Shown here piece by piece: positions 1 to 34,809 of a stretch of 64,000 bases of DNA. Below the pieces are notes generated by a model. It was given only the letters and a program-made list of their open reading frames with translations, did no database searches and was not told the origin of the DNA. The DNA comes from the human T2T-CHM13v2.0 reference genome, Homo sapiens: NCBI RefSeq assembly GCF_009914755.1, contig NC_060925.1; one strand, 5' to 3'. The translations under genes were made by a program, and so were the position numbers. Each line of letters starts with the position of its first letter. Positions within the stretch are counted from its first letter, which is position 1.

Positions 1-76
1 TCCTGGCCTCAAGTGATCCTCCTGCCTCAGCCTCCCAAAGTGCTGGGATTACAGGTGTGAGCCACAGCACCCAGCC
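1..76 (-). mobile_element. Alu 5' end (truncated by window edge) in NPR1 intron
   Basis: cctcagcctcccaaagtgctgggattacaggtgtgagccac = reverse complement of the Alu head. Confidence 0.95.
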
Positions 77-369
77 TGAATTTTTAACTGTATTTAGTTT
101 AAATTAATTTAAGTTGAAACAGGCACATGTGATTAGTGGCTACTGTATTGGATTACACAGCTCCAGAGTTCTAAATGAGAGGCTAATGTGGTCACGCACT
201 ACATTCAGGGGGTGGGGCCCCTCTGAGCTAGAGGGCTTCCTGGCCCAAAAGAGGGAGAGAGGGTACCTGTCCACCTGTCCACCCCCACAGTCCCTGGTCT
301 CTTTTGCCTCTACTTTCCTGCTCTCCTCTCTCACATTGCTCACCTTCCCTTCTCCCCTGTCCTACCCAG

Positions 370-461
370 CCCTGAAGATCCACTTGTCTTCTGAGACCAA
401 GGCTGTCCTGGAGGAGTTTGGTGGTTTCGAGCTGGAGCTTCGAGGGGATGTAGAAATGAAG
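370..461 (+). CDS. NPR1: Natriuretic peptide receptor A (GC-A), penultimate coding exon
   Basis: Pyrimidine tract + cag acceptor at 367-369, gt donor at 462; 92 nt encoding (A)[30 protein letters not shown], the guanylyl cyclase catalytic-domain end of NPR1. Confidence 0.97.
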
Positions 462-465
462 GTAG

Positions 466-678
<213 letters not shown>

Positions 679-1257
679 CCTGCCTCCTCTCCTATCCCTC
701 CACACCTCCCTACCCTGTGCCAGAAGCAACAGAGGTGCCAGGCCTCAGCCTCACCCACAGCAGCCCCATCGCCAAAGGATGGAAGTAATTTGAATAGCTC
801 AGGTGTGCTGACCCCAGTGAAGACACCAGATAGGACCTCTGAGAGGGGACTGGCATGGGGGGATCTCAGAGCTTACAGGCTGAGCCAAGCCCACGGCCAT
901 GCACAGGGACACTCACACAGGCACACGCACCTGCTCTCCACCTGGACTCAGGCCGGGCTGGGCTGTGGATTCCTGATCCCCTCCCCTCCCCATGCTCTCC
1001 TCCCTCAGCCTTGCTACCCTGTGACTTACTGGGAGGAGAAAGAGTCACCTGAAGGGGAACATGAAAAGAGACTAGGTGAAGAGAGGGCAGGGGAGCCCAC
1101 ATCTGGGGCTGGCCCACAATACCTGCTCCCCCGACCCCCTCCACCCAGCAGTAGACACAGTGCACAGGGGAGAAGAGGGGTGGCGCAGAAGGGTTGGGGG
1201 CCTGTATGCCTTGCTTCTACCATGAGCAGAGACAATTAAAATCTTTATTCCAGTGAC
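679..1257 (+). other. NPR1: NPR1 3' UTR (end approximate)
   Basis: Repeat-free sequence from the stop codon to ATTAAA at 1235-1240, followed by a GT/T-rich element (gtgtctcttctt). Confidence 0.85.
1235..1240 (+). terminator. Polyadenylation signal ATTAAA of NPR1
   Basis: Common variant hexamer with downstream CA and GU/U-rich sequence. Confidence 0.8.
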
Positions 1258-1492
1258 AGTGTCTCTTCTTGAGGGAGAGAGGGTTGCCAGAAAACAGTCA
1301 GTTCTCCACTCTCTACTTCAAATAAGACTCACTTCTTGTTCTACAAGGGTCTAGAAGGAAAAGTAAAAAAAAAAGACTCTCGATTCTTAAGCTGGGAATG
1401 CAGGCTCTGAGAGTAGTAACAGCCTATGAATTGCCCAGCAGTGCTGAAACTGGTTTAAGGACCCATTTACATCCTTAAGAATTATTATTATT

Positions 1493-3309
<1,817 letters not shown>

Positions 3310-3366
3310 TTAGGGACCTAAAGAGCTTTTGTTTATGTGGATATCTATTGATATTTACCATAGTAG

Positions 3367-3696
<330 letters not shown>

Positions 3697-3711
3697 ACAA
3701 ATCCTTATTTA

Positions 3712-4039
3712 TTTATTTATTTATTTATTTTTTTTTTTTTTTTTTTTTTTTGAGACGGAGTCTCGCTCTGTCGCCCAGGCCGGACTGCGGACTGCAGTGG
3801 CGCAATCTCGGCTCACTGCAAGCTCCGCTTCCCGGGTTCACGCCATTCTCCTGCCTCAGCCTCCTGAGTAGCTGGGACTACAGGCGCCCGCCACCGCGCC
3901 CGGCTAATTTTTTGTATTTTTAGTAGAGACGGGGTTTCACCTTGTTAGCCAGGATGGTCTCGATCTCCTGACCTCATGATCCACCCGCCTCGGCCTCCCA
4001 AAGTGCTGGGATTATAGGCGTGAGCCACCGTGCCCGGCC
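3712..4039 (-). mobile_element. AluYb8/Yb9-lineage element (human-specific)
   Basis: 7-bp duplication ccggactgcggactgcagtgg, plus ctccgcttcccggg, tttcaccttgttagcc and gcgcaatctc Yb diagnostics; CpGs nearly intact; long T tail. Confidence 0.92.
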
Positions 4040-6759
4040 CGACAAATCCTTATTTATTAACTCATGTAAGATAACAATAATAAGCCTATTACATGTTAAT
4101 AATTGTTGACTGCTTTATCAAGAACATTCTTATGTGAAACCAGCCTTTTCAGTGTGCAGTGGTGAAGAATGCATGCAATACTAATTGGGTGCCACTGCCT
4201 TGATTTATGTAAAGCCACAGCAGTTTTACCCCCATTGCTTTTGCACTTCGATGCAATGTGTCAACTCTGTCAAAAAGGCAAATAACGTATTAGAATTATT
4301 ATGAAAATCGTTTGACCTCATCTATGCCCTGAAAAAATATTTGGGACTCCCAGGATTTGCGGACCACACCTTGAGAACTGTTATGTTACTCAATGGCTGG
4401 CATACAGTAGGAATCAGATAATTAGTATGGACTGAATGGAGAGGCCTGGGAGCTGGGGAGGAAGTGGGGGTCGGGTGGGAACATATGGATGCCTTTCAAC
4501 CCAGGTGAAATTTGGGGATTGTCCACGTGCTCCTCCATTCCCCATGTCAGTGTAGACAAATGTTGAGTCATAGTTTGCAAAATGCCTCTCAGCTGGGCCA
4601 GGAGCCCTGGTTTCCCTGCTGGACCCACCCCTCACCCCTCCTTCCCAGGCAGGCAGGCAGGCAGGAATGCGGGGGAGAGGTGGCTGCAGCTCCACCGCCC
4701 TCATGGGGGAGGAAAGTGCCAGACATTTCTTCAGGACCATCCATCAAGTGCAGGCAGGCCTCTCCCCTGACCTCCCAGGCCTCTTCCTGGAGTCCACCCT
4801 GTGGGACCTGGACGTAGGGTGGCCACTGGGAGCTTGGAGGTCTGGCGTGGCACTGCTCCCTGGTACACGGCTGGCAGTTTGGGATAAAGAAAGGATAAAT
4901 TGCTCCCCTCCTGTCCAGTGACTCTTGTTTTGTGCTTCCCGCCCACCCTTTTTGGCACCAGTCAGGCTCAATTTATCGGGAGAGGGAGCAGACATGGTCC
5001 AGTCCTCTCACCAGCCAAGCCGGGGATGAACAGCACTGGGAAGGCCTAACCAAGAGTGGTTGTCCTGTCAACCACAGCTACTGAACTTCCTGATGGGCCC
5101 CGGTGGCCCTGTAGCCTCCCATGCCCCAGTTCCTCCCCACAAGGGGAGCAGACAGCCCCTGAAGAGACTGGCTATGATAAAGAGAGCTGTGAGGCCTAGG
5201 AAGTTAGATCAGGGTGGAGCTGGGACAGCTACGGGGACTTGGGCTCTGGGGAGAGGAGCCTTAAATGAGGTGGGGAAGAGGGGCAGGGAGTGGACGACTG
5301 AGGAGCTCCAGAAGCACAATTCTAGGAAATTGCCGGTCAGATCCTTCCGAGGCAGCCTGGCTCCACTGCGGGCACCGGGAGGGGAAGGGGCTGTGCGGCG
5401 GAGGTGAGGAGGGGCCTAAGGAGTCGATGATTTCAGCGGCCCGAGAACTTTCACTGGAACTAAGGAGATTTCCTTCCGGAGGAAGGCCCCTGAAGCCAGG
5501 AAGAACTGGGAAAGCCATTCCTAAGGGGGCACCAGGAGGGTAGCAATAAAGCCCTCCCCACAGGCCGGGGAGACCGTCTTGTGCCAGGAACCTCCGCCCA
5601 CATGGGAGGGGCAGTCTAGCCTCTCAGTTTCCCGGGCTGTCCCGCCTAGTACGTTTGGGAGGGGTGAGGGCCACAGGGTTTCCCCAGAGTATGGTAAGAA
5701 TAACAATAATAATTGGCATTCGATTGTGCCTTGCAGTTGACAAAGGCTTTCACATACATTATCTCATCAGCCCACGTAACGCCCCTGGAAGAGTGGGGCG
5801 GGCTGAGAAGGCAGCTCAGCAGGCGGGTGGAAGGGCCAGCTGGAGGCTGTGCAGAGGGAACCCCCGCCCAGCCAGCCCCGAACAAGGCCACGGCCTGGAA
5901 CAAAAATGGAGCTGACAGAAACAGACAAATAACCTCCTCCCTCACCCGCTCTTTTCTCTACGTCAAAGGGTTTGAGTCATTTATCACAGCAGTATATTTA
6001 GTAATAATTATTTTTAAAAAAGATTTATACCTTTCAGGACAGATCCGTGGAATCTAATTAAGCAGAGCCCAGTTTTGCAGACTGAAAGTCAATTTTTTAA
6101 TTAAATTGCAGGAGCTATAAAAATAAATAAATTAACCATTTAAAAAAAAAAAAAGAATGCGGTCCAGGAAGATTTAATCTCTTTGGGTTGGAACGCAAGT
6201 AAGATTCCAGGCGAGGTGTTTACCACCAAGATGAAGGGTCGGGATGCGGATGAATTTGGTGTTGCACAAAGACAGGAGAGGACGCTCTGGAGGAAGATGA
6301 GACCACGTCCCATGCCTGCTCCCAGACTGCATTCTACCAGGAACAGGGGAGGTGGTGGCAAAAACCTGCTTGACTGTACCTCAAACCATGGTTAGAGAAG
6401 CAGTGAGAGAGTCCAGATAGGAAAAGACCCCAGCCATCCACTTCCATACCACATACACTGGCACCAGTGAGTCAGAGGATAGGCTGGTTGCCCTTTAAGA
6501 ACCTTTCCAAAGGGAAGATTCCATAATCAGGCATATCTGCTCATGACAGTGGCACCCTGTCTGAACTTGATGCAATCATCCCAGTATGACTATCTGTCTT
6601 TGGCTTCCAAATGTGGACTACATATGGTATGCCTTGGCTATTGCATGTCCAATGATCAGGTCAGCCCACTAAACTTCAGGCAGGGAAAAACTAGGCCAAA
6701 ATACCATGCAGATCTCAGTGTTCAAAACTGGCACAATTACACTCCTCTATCAAATGAGA

Positions 6760-7010
6760 GGCAGTGCAAAGTTGGGTAAGAGGCTGGACTCTGGAGATAG
6801 CCTGCCTGGATTTAGATCCCAGCTCTGTCACTCATAATCAATGTAACCTTATGCAAACTACTCAGCTTCTCTCTGCCCTGAGTTTTCTATTCTGTAACTC
6901 AGGAATGATCTTAAAACCTACTTCATAGGTTTGTTTTGAGAATTACATGACTTAATAATTCCTGTTACATGCTCAGAACACTGGCAGGTAATAACAATTA
7001 GGTAAGTGTT
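6760..7010 (+). mobile_element. MIR SINE
   Basis: ctctggag..gcctggattt..atcccagctctg..gagttttct..ctgtaa..tcataggttgtt..gagaatta core. Confidence 0.75.
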
Positions 7011-7057
7011 TGTTGGTATGATTAAGAGTCAACAGTATACAAATCATAACGCTAGAT

Positions 7058-12725
<5,668 letters not shown>

Positions 12726-12802
12726 CTATGTTAGGTATTTAATATAAATGCCTTTCATATTTATAGAAAAGCCATTCCAGCTCCCCACCTCTTCCAATGG
12801 TC

Positions 12803-13917
<1,115 letters not shown>

Positions 13918-13921
13918 CTGG

Positions 13922-13953
<32 letters not shown>

Positions 13954-14353
13954 AGACAGGGTTTCCTTCTGTCACTCAGGTGGGAGTGCAGTGGCTGGAG
14001 TGCAGGGATGACTTCTTGGCTCACTGCAACCTCCACTTCCTGGGCTCAAGTGATCCTCCCACCTCAGCCTCCCAAGTAGTTGAAACTACAGGCCCACACC
14101 ACCACACCTGGCTAATTTTTGTGTTTTTTGTAGAGATAGGGTTTTGCCATGTTGGCCAGGCTGGTCTCCAACTACTGGGCTCAAGCGATTTGCTCACCTT
14201 GACCATCCAAAGTCCTGGGATTACAGGCATGAGCCACTGAGCCAGGCCCAGCATTGTCTTTTCTAAGTAGGCAGAGGTCCGCTGTCTCTTCTAACAACAG
14301 TGCCCACCCCCTCCTACCCCTCCATTTGGAGTCTCAGCAGTACAACATCACTA

Positions 14354-14842
<489 letters not shown>

Positions 14843-14951
14843 CTAGGCATGTGGTTCAAACCTGTAATCCCAGCACTTTGGGAAGCCAAGGCAGGAGGAT
14901 TCCTTGAAGCCAATAGTTCAAGATCAGCCTGGGAAATATAGAGACTCTATC

Positions 14952-15219
14952 AAAAAAAAAAAAAAAAAAAGAGACAGAAAGAGGAAGGAAGGGAGGAAGG
15001 AAGGAAAGAAGGGAGGAAGGGAGGAAGGAAAGGGGAGGAAGGGAGGGCGGGAGGGAGGGAGGCAAAAGAAAAGAGAAAGAAAGAAAAAGAAAAAGAAGAA
15101 AGAAAGAGAAAGAAAGAGAAAGGGAGGGAGGGAAAGAAAAGAAAAGGAAGGAAGGAAAGAAGGAAGGAAGGAAGAAAAAGAAAGAAGGAAAGAAAAAGAA
15201 AGAAAGAAAAGAAAGAAAG

Positions 15220-15288
<69 letters not shown>

Positions 15289-15293
15289 AAGAA
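14952..15293 (+). repeat. ~340-bp polypurine (GGAA/GAAA/GGGA) tract grown from an Alu-monomer A-tail
   Basis: Almost pure A/G on the + strand, ending in (GAAA)n. Confidence 0.97.
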
Positions 15294-15727
15294 ATCTCCG
15301 GGCTCTGACTCCAAACTCTGTCACTCTGGATGAGTGCCTGTGGGTTTGCCCTAGTCTTTCCCTGTCCCTTTGACAACCTGCCTCCTTATCTGGGGCAGAA
15401 TCTTCCAGGTGCAGCCCGAGGAGTGCAGACAGAAGGCAATTGTCACCTCCATACCTATTATGGAACTTGTGGCCACACATACACTCCTCCCTCTACCCCC
15501 ACAGAATTTCTCACATTGCTCCTGTTAATCCAAGTCTCTTCCACCTGGTTCTCTGTTAAATTTTAAAGTTAAAAAATAGCTATTTTGCTAAAGATTTCAT
15601 ACAGGATTTGGGGGAAAGGAGGGATATGTCACCTAGAGACCAGTTTTTGTTTTTGTTTTGTTTTATTTAAAAACTCCAGTGGACAGTTTTGCTGTCTCCT
15701 CAAAGTCCCTCTGCAGCTGGCCCAAGC

Positions 15728-16445
<718 letters not shown>

Positions 16446-16662
16446 TAGTAGAGACGGGATTTCACCGTGTTAAGCAGGATGGTCTCGATCTCCTGACCTC
16501 GTGATCCGCCTGTCTCGGCCTCCCAAAATGCTGGATTACAGGCGTGAGCCACCGCGCCCGGCCTAAAGTTTTTTTATTTTCTGTCAGACACTCTACAGCT
16601 CAAACTCCTACTTTTCGCACTGCGTACTCTGATTGTTATTTCATATAACAATGATTTTGTAA

Positions 16663-17195
<533 letters not shown>

Positions 17196-17241
17196 TAGCA
17201 AAATCAAATGAAGTTTGTTTATTGATTGATTGATTGATTGA

Positions 17242-17430
<189 letters not shown>

Positions 17431-17739
17431 TAGTAGAGACAGGGTTTCACTGTGTTAGCCAGGATGGTCTCCATCTCCTGACCTCGTGATCCGCCTACGT
17501 TGGCCTCCCAAAGTGCTGGGATTACAGGTGTGAGCCACCGTGCCTGGCCCAAAAGAAGTTTATTTTTATTTATTTTATTTCTTTTTCTTTTGAGACAGGT
17601 CTCACTCTGTCACCCAGGCTGAAGTGCAGTGGCATGATTACAGCACACTACAGCCTTGAACTTCTGGGCTCAAGAGGTCCTCCTGCCTCAGACTCCCAAG
17701 TAGCTGGGACTACAGGCATGTACCACCACGCCTGGCTAA

Positions 17740-17868
<129 letters not shown>

Positions 17869-18142
17869 TAGCCCATTTATATATTTTTAATCTTTCACTA
17901 TTATAAATGCTATGTCTAATCCCATACCTATACCTAATGTGTTATCTCATATCTATGTTTCATTCAATATATCTGTAAGATAAACTCCTAGAAATGGGAT
18001 TAGTGAGTCAAAAGATATAATATGCATTTGCAACTTTTATATCTATTCCAAATTGACCCTATATAGGGTTTAACAACTTGCACACCCGCCAGCAATGCAT
18101 GATAGTGACGAATTCCCCAAAACTTTGACAACAGTATCAAAC

Positions 18143-19974
<1,832 letters not shown>

Positions 19975-20044
19975 AAACTGGGATTCTTGTCAACCTGACA
20001 GATAAAAAGTGGTACCTCAGTTTAGCTTTATTTGCTCCATTTTA

Positions 20045-20435
<391 letters not shown>

Positions 20436-20438
20436 TTA

Positions 20439-20717
<279 letters not shown>

Positions 20718-20805
20718 TTACATGTGTATACATTCATATAACCATCACCCAGAAAAAGATAGGATTGTTCCCAACAACTCAGAGGTTCTTTCCTGTCCCT
20801 CCTAA

Positions 20806-21081
<276 letters not shown>

Positions 21082-21250
21082 TGATCTGCCCGCCTTGGCC
21101 TCCCAAAGTGCTGGGATTACGGGGTGAGCCACTGCGCCTGGCTTATTCTTACTTTTATTGACATAGATAACTTGTTTGTTTGTTTGTTTGTTTTTTAGAG
21201 AGATGGTGTCTGGCTATTGTCATTCCCCAATTGGTTCTTCTGGCCACTGA

Positions 21251-21526
<276 letters not shown>

Positions 21527-21696
21527 TAGCTGGGATTACAGGTGTTAGCCACCACGCCTGGCTAATTTTTGTACTTTTAGCAGAGATGGGGTTTCACCAT
21601 GTTTGTCAGGCTGGTCTTGAACTCTGGACTTCAGGTGATCCGCCTGCCTCAGCCTCCCAAAGTGCTGGGATTACAGGCGTGAGCCACCATGCCCGG

Positions 21697-21875
21697 CTCC
21701 CTCCCTCCCTCCCTCCTTTCCTTCCTTTCTCTTTCTCTCTTTCTTTCTTTCTCCCTTCCCTTCCTTTTTTCTTTCTCCCTTCCCTTCCTTTTTTCTGTCT
21801 CTCTTTTTCTCTTTCTTTCTTTTCTTTTCTTTCTTTCTTCTTTCTTTCTTTCTCTCTCTTTCTTTTTTTCTTTTT
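21697..21875 (+). repeat. Polypyrimidine (CCTT/CTTT) tract
   Basis: Near-pure C/T run forming the tail of an antisense Alu. Confidence 0.95.
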
Positions 21876-22301
21876 GAGACTCTTTATGTCACTCAGGCTG
21901 GACTGCAGCGAAGCAATCTCGGCTCACTGCAACCTCCACCTCCCCGGTTTAAGCAATTCTCATGCCTCAGCATACTGAGTAACTGGGACTAGAAGCTCAT
22001 GCCACTACGCCCGATTAATTTTTTGTGTTTTTAGTAAAGATGGGGTTTTGCCATGTTGGTTAGGCTGGTCTCAAACTCCTGGCCTCAAGTGATCATCAAA
22101 GTTAGGGTTTTTCAAAGATAGTTTGGTGGGCAGAGAACTAGGGAATGCGTGCTGCTGTTTTGTTGGGGATATAATGATAGGGGTGTGGAAAAATGTCCTT
22201 GTGTGCTGAGTCGGCCTCTGGGTGGCGGGGGGCGGGCACAAGACCATTTGGTTATATCATGAGCACAAGTCTGGGTAAGGTCAGTAAGTTGCCAGAATGT
22301 A

Positions 22302-22356
22302 TTAGGTTGGTGCAAGAGTAATTGCAGTTTTGACCATTTCTTTTGCACCACCCTGA
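22302..22356. mobile_element. MADE1 (Hsmar1 MITE), internally deleted
   Basis: ttaggttggtgcaagagtaattgcagtttt ... ttttgcaccaccctga flanked by TA. Confidence 0.85.
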
Positions 22357-23332
22357 TAGAAGTCTGACTTTTTTCTTTTTCTTTTTTCTTTTTTTTTTTG
22401 AGACAGAGTCTTGCTCTTGTGGCCCAGGCTGAAGTACAGTGGTGCGATCTCAGCTCACTACAACCTCCGCCTCCCAGGTTCAAATGATTCTTCTGTTTCA
22501 GCCTCCTGAGGAGCTGGGATTACAGGCATGCACCACCACACTCAGCTAATTTTTGTATTTTTAGTAGAGATGGGGTTTCACCATGTAGGCCAGGCTGGTC
22601 TCGAACTCCCGACCTCAGGTGATCTGCCCACCTAAGCCTCCTAAAGTGTTGGAATTACAGGCGTGAGCCACCTCACCCACCCTGAAAAACATTTTAAAAG
22701 ACCAATCTTAGGTTCTACAATACTGATGTTATCTATAGGAGCAATTGGGGAAGTCACAAATCTTGAGACCACCGGCCACATGACTCCTGAGCAGTAAGGG
22801 ATTATAGAAACTATGTCTATATTTTAGTAGAATTCACGTCCCTCCCATAATCCTAATCCTGTGGACTTTCATTAGTCTTATAAGGCAGTTTTCACTCCCT
22901 GAGCAAGAAGCGGGTTAGTTTTAGGAAGGCACTATTATCATCCTTGCTTTTAAATTAAGCTATGCACTAAATTCCTCCTATGGGTAGCTTGGCCTATGCC
23001 TAGGAATAAGAGAAGATAGCTAGCCTGTGAGGCTAGAAGCAAGATAGAGTCAGCCATGCTAGATTTCTCTAAACGGGCATAATCTTTGCAAAGGCAGTTA
23101 AACTATGTTGTCCAGACTGGTCTCAAACTCCTGGCCTCAAGCAATCCTCCCGCCTCAGCCTCCCAAAGTGCTGGGATTACAGGTAGGAACCACCACACCC
23201 AGCCATTCTTATACATGCTTTTTAGTAGCCACAGGTACTCATTTCTCTCAGCTATATACTTATAAATGCTGTATCATGGGATAGGCAATTGTTTGGCTTT
23301 GGTAGATACTGCTCAACAATTTACCAACGTAC

Positions 23333-23400
23333 TGTTGGGGTTCAAAAAGTAATACCCCAAAGACTGGTGCTTTGACATGCTGTGGCCTTAAACGTGCTTT
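23333..23400 (+). mobile_element. 5' end of a MER4-group (MER34/MER39-like) LTR
   Basis: TGttggggttcaaaaagtaataccccaaag..tgctttgacatgctg, preceded by GTAC, interrupting an L1 fragment. Confidence 0.65.
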
Positions 23401-23669
23401 GATCCTCTGCAGGTGGATCACAAGGTCAGGAGTTAGAGGCCAGCCTGGCCAACATGGTCAAACCCTATCTCTACTAAAAATACAAAATTAGCTGGGTGTG
23501 GTGGCACACACCTGTAGTCCCAGCTACTCAGGAGGCTGTGGTAGGAGAGTCACTTTTACCTGGGAGGCGGGGGTTGCCGTGAGCTGAGATCATGCCACTG
23601 CACTCCAGCCTGGACGACAGAGGGAGACTCTATCTAAAAAAAAAAAAAAAGTCCAGGCTCAGTGACTCA

Positions 23670-24485
<816 letters not shown>

Positions 24486-24518
24486 TCAAAAAAATAAAAT
24501 AAATAAATAAATACATAC

Positions 24519-25586
<1,068 letters not shown>

Positions 25587-25589
25587 ACA

Positions 25590-28200
<2,611 letters not shown>

Positions 28201-28968
28201 TGTAATTCTTTTCTTTTTTCTTTTTTTTCGCCTATAGTTCTAGCTACTTGGGAGGCTAAGGCAGGATCACTTCAGCCCAAGAGTTCAAGGCTGCAGTGAT
28301 CTATGATTGCAGCACTAAACACCAGCCTGGGCAACAGAGTGAGACTCCAACTCTTCAGTTTTCCATAAAATCCAGATCCTGCACAACACCAACTGTTTTG
28401 TTTTTTGTTTTTTTTTTCTGAGACACGGTCTTGTTCTGTCACCCAGGCTGGAGTGCAGTGGTATGATCATGGCTCACTGCAGCCTCGACATCACATTCTC
28501 CCACCTCAGCCTCCCAAGTAGCTGGGACTAAAGGCATGTACCACCATGCCAGGCTAATTTTTGTATTTTTTGTAGAGATGGGGTTTCACAATGGTGCCGA
28601 CTCCTGGGCTCAAGTGATCTGCGCAACTTGGCCTCCCGAAGTGCTGGGATTACAGGTGTGACCCACCACACCTGGCCAACCCCAACCCCCCCCGCCTTTT
28701 TTTTTCTGAGACAGAATTTCGCTCTTTGATCCAGGCTGGTGGGAAGTGGCATGATCTTGGCTTACTGCAACCTCTGTCCCCTAAGTTCAAATGATTCTCC
28801 TGTCTCAGACTCCAGAGTAGCTGGGAGTAGCTAGGATTATAGGTGCCCGCCACCAGGCCTGGCTAATTTTTGTGTTTTTAGTAGAGATGGGATTTTGTCA
28901 TGTCGCCAGGCTGGTCTTGAACTCCTGACCTCAAGTGATCCACCCACCTCGGCCTCTCAAAGTGCTAG

Positions 28969-30110
<1,142 letters not shown>

Positions 30111-30162
30111 GTGACTGGAACGCTCAGGTTTTGCTGGACCTAGTGAAAATTTGGCTAAGTAC

Positions 30163-30918
<756 letters not shown>

Positions 30919-31155
30919 GCTGGGCACAGTGGGTCATGCCTGTAATCCCTGCACTTTGAGAGGCTGAGGTCAACAGATCACTTTAGGCCAGGTGTTTGAG
31001 ACCAGCTTGGTCAACATGGCAAAACCCCATCTTTACAAAAAACACAAAAATTAGCTGGGTGTGGTGGTGCACACCTGTGGTCCCAGGTACTTGGGAGGCT
31101 GAAGTATGAGAATCGTTTGAACCCAGGAGGCCGAGGTTGCAGTGAGTGGAGATCA

Positions 31156-31389
<234 letters not shown>

Positions 31390-31611
31390 TTACTTTGGGA
31401 TGTTATAGAGGGCCCCTGTGGCATCCAAAAGAGAGATAATAAACAAGTTTTTTGGTATGTTAAATTACATATCAGGTATTGTCAAAAAAGAAATTACTGA
31501 GTAAGAAATGATGTTTAGGCCGGGCGCAGTGGCTCACGCCTGTAATCCCAGCACTTTGAGAGGCCGAGGCAGGCGGATCTTAAGGTCAGGAGATCGAGAC
31601 CATCCTGGCTA

Positions 31612-31831
<220 letters not shown>

Positions 31832-32414
31832 TTAACCAAGTTATATTTTTATGGATATGTTATTAATATGTATTCCAAAACTGTATGAGATTCCTAAAAT
31901 TCTGATATATCTTGGTATGTTATTAGTTATATTTATGGTTATTATGTTAAATTATTGTAGAACACAGAAATAACCAAATTTTCTTGCCAATTTTGACTTT
32001 TGATTTTAACTTTTGACTTTATGATTTTAAGTGATTTTTTTTTTTGAGATAGGGTCTTGCTCTGTTGCCCAGGCTGGAGAGCAGTGATGCAATCTCAGCT
32101 CACTGCAGCCTCCATCTCCTGGGTTCAAGTAATTCTGGTGCTCAGCCTCCTGAGTAGCTGGGATGACAGGCATGCCCCACCACCCCCGGCTAATTTTGTA
32201 TTTTTAGTAGAGTCGGAGTTTCTCCATGTTGCTCAGGCTGTTCTCGAACTCCTGACCTCAAGTGATCTGCCTGCCTCAGCCTCCCAACGTGCTGGGATTA
32301 CAGGCGTGAGCCACTGCACCTGGCCCAACTGTCATTTTATTAATACGTATATAAGAAGAACTATAGTTTATGCCCTGACAAATGTATATCCTACTAAAGA
32401 AGGGTAATTAAGCT

Positions 32415-32469
<55 letters not shown>

Positions 32470-32512
32470 ATAGATGTATGTGTGTATATATATATATACG
32501 TGTGTGTGTGTA
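32415..32512 (+). repeat. Compound microsatellite (CT)n(AT)n(GT)n
   Basis: Direct reading. Confidence 0.97.
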
Positions 32513-32960
32513 TCAGAGACAGGGCCTCACTCTGTCACCTAGGCTGGTGTGCAGTGGTGTGATCATAGCTCACCACAGCTTTGAACTCCTAAGCTGAAGT
32601 GATCCTCCTGACTCAGCCTCCTGAGTAGCTGGGACTACAGGTGCACGACACCTCACCCTGCCAATGTTTTTATTTTTTGTAGAGACAAGGTCTCACTTTG
32701 TTGCCCAGGCTAGTCTGAAACTTCTGGCTTCAAGTGATCTTCCTGCCTCTGCCTCTCAAAGTGCGGGATTACAGTCTTGAGCCACTGCACCAGGCTCCCA
32801 GCTCCTACTTTAAAAAACCCACAAACAAATGGAAGCATAAAGTACAGTGTTCTACCCTTTACTCTTCTTTTTTCACCTATGTATTTCCAATTACATATAT
32901 ATGTATTTCCAATGACACACAGTAATGTTATTGTAATAACTTGAGTTTGCATTCTTTTAA

Positions 32961-33179
<219 letters not shown>

Positions 33180-33520
33180 TAGAAAGATATTTAGAGATCA
33201 GCAAGTCCACCTCTTATTTTACAGATAATTAATGTACAGAAAGTCAAAATGACTTCCCTAAGGTCTTACACCTACTAATAAAGAAAGGAATGAGTGAGCC
33301 AACTTAAAGGAACATTCACATATAGAGTTAAAATGTTAAGCCATTACAAGTGTAAAAGTAAATAGGATTGCCTGTAGTGGTAACTAGTATCTGTACAGTG
33401 TATTCCAGTTTAAAATGTGATCTCACATCCATTAGGTCACATAATGTTCCCAAAGCTCACAGGCAACCTTTGTCTCCATTTTACTGGAAGTAAAACAAGC
33501 AGGAATGTGGATTTTTTTTT

Positions 33521-33621
33521 AAAGGCTACCCAAGTGAAGCAGTGGGAGTGGAGAAGGAACAAAGAAATCTGTAACTGGTTGTGATCAATGAGTTGTAAAC
33601 ACTACTGCACTAGGACAAGCC
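33521..33621 (-). pseudogene. Y3 RNA (RNY3) retropseudogene
   Basis: Reverse strand ggcttgtcctagtgcagtagtgtttacaactcattgatcacaaccagttacagatttctttgttccttctccactcccactgcttcacttg..tagccttt; TSD tgtggattttttttt at 33506 and 33622. Confidence 0.95.
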
Positions 33622-33734
33622 TGTGGATTTTTTTTTTTTTTTAAAGCAGGCTTTAAACATAGCGAAATTTGGCCGGGCGCAGTGGCTTACGCCTGTAATC
33701 CCAGCACTTTGGGAATCCCCGGACGGGCGTATCA

Positions 33735-34264
<530 letters not shown>

Positions 34265-34403
34265 TTACAAAACAATCAAGGCCACATTGCATTCGCAACG
34301 CATCACAACACTGCATTGGGTGAAAGTGACATGGGTCAGTCCCAGATACTCAAAACAAAAATGAAGTTGGTTCTATCATTTGGAACATTTTTGCTGGAGG
34401 TAG

Positions 34404-34801
<398 letters not shown>

Positions 34802-34809
34802 TGAGTGCA

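Noticed and set aside
14856-15480. K/E/R-rich and F/L/S-rich ORFs of 134-176 aa
   Set aside because: Artefacts of a stop-free polypurine repeat
22302-22356. MADE1 as a miR-548-family hairpin
   Set aside because: Internal deletion removes much of one arm
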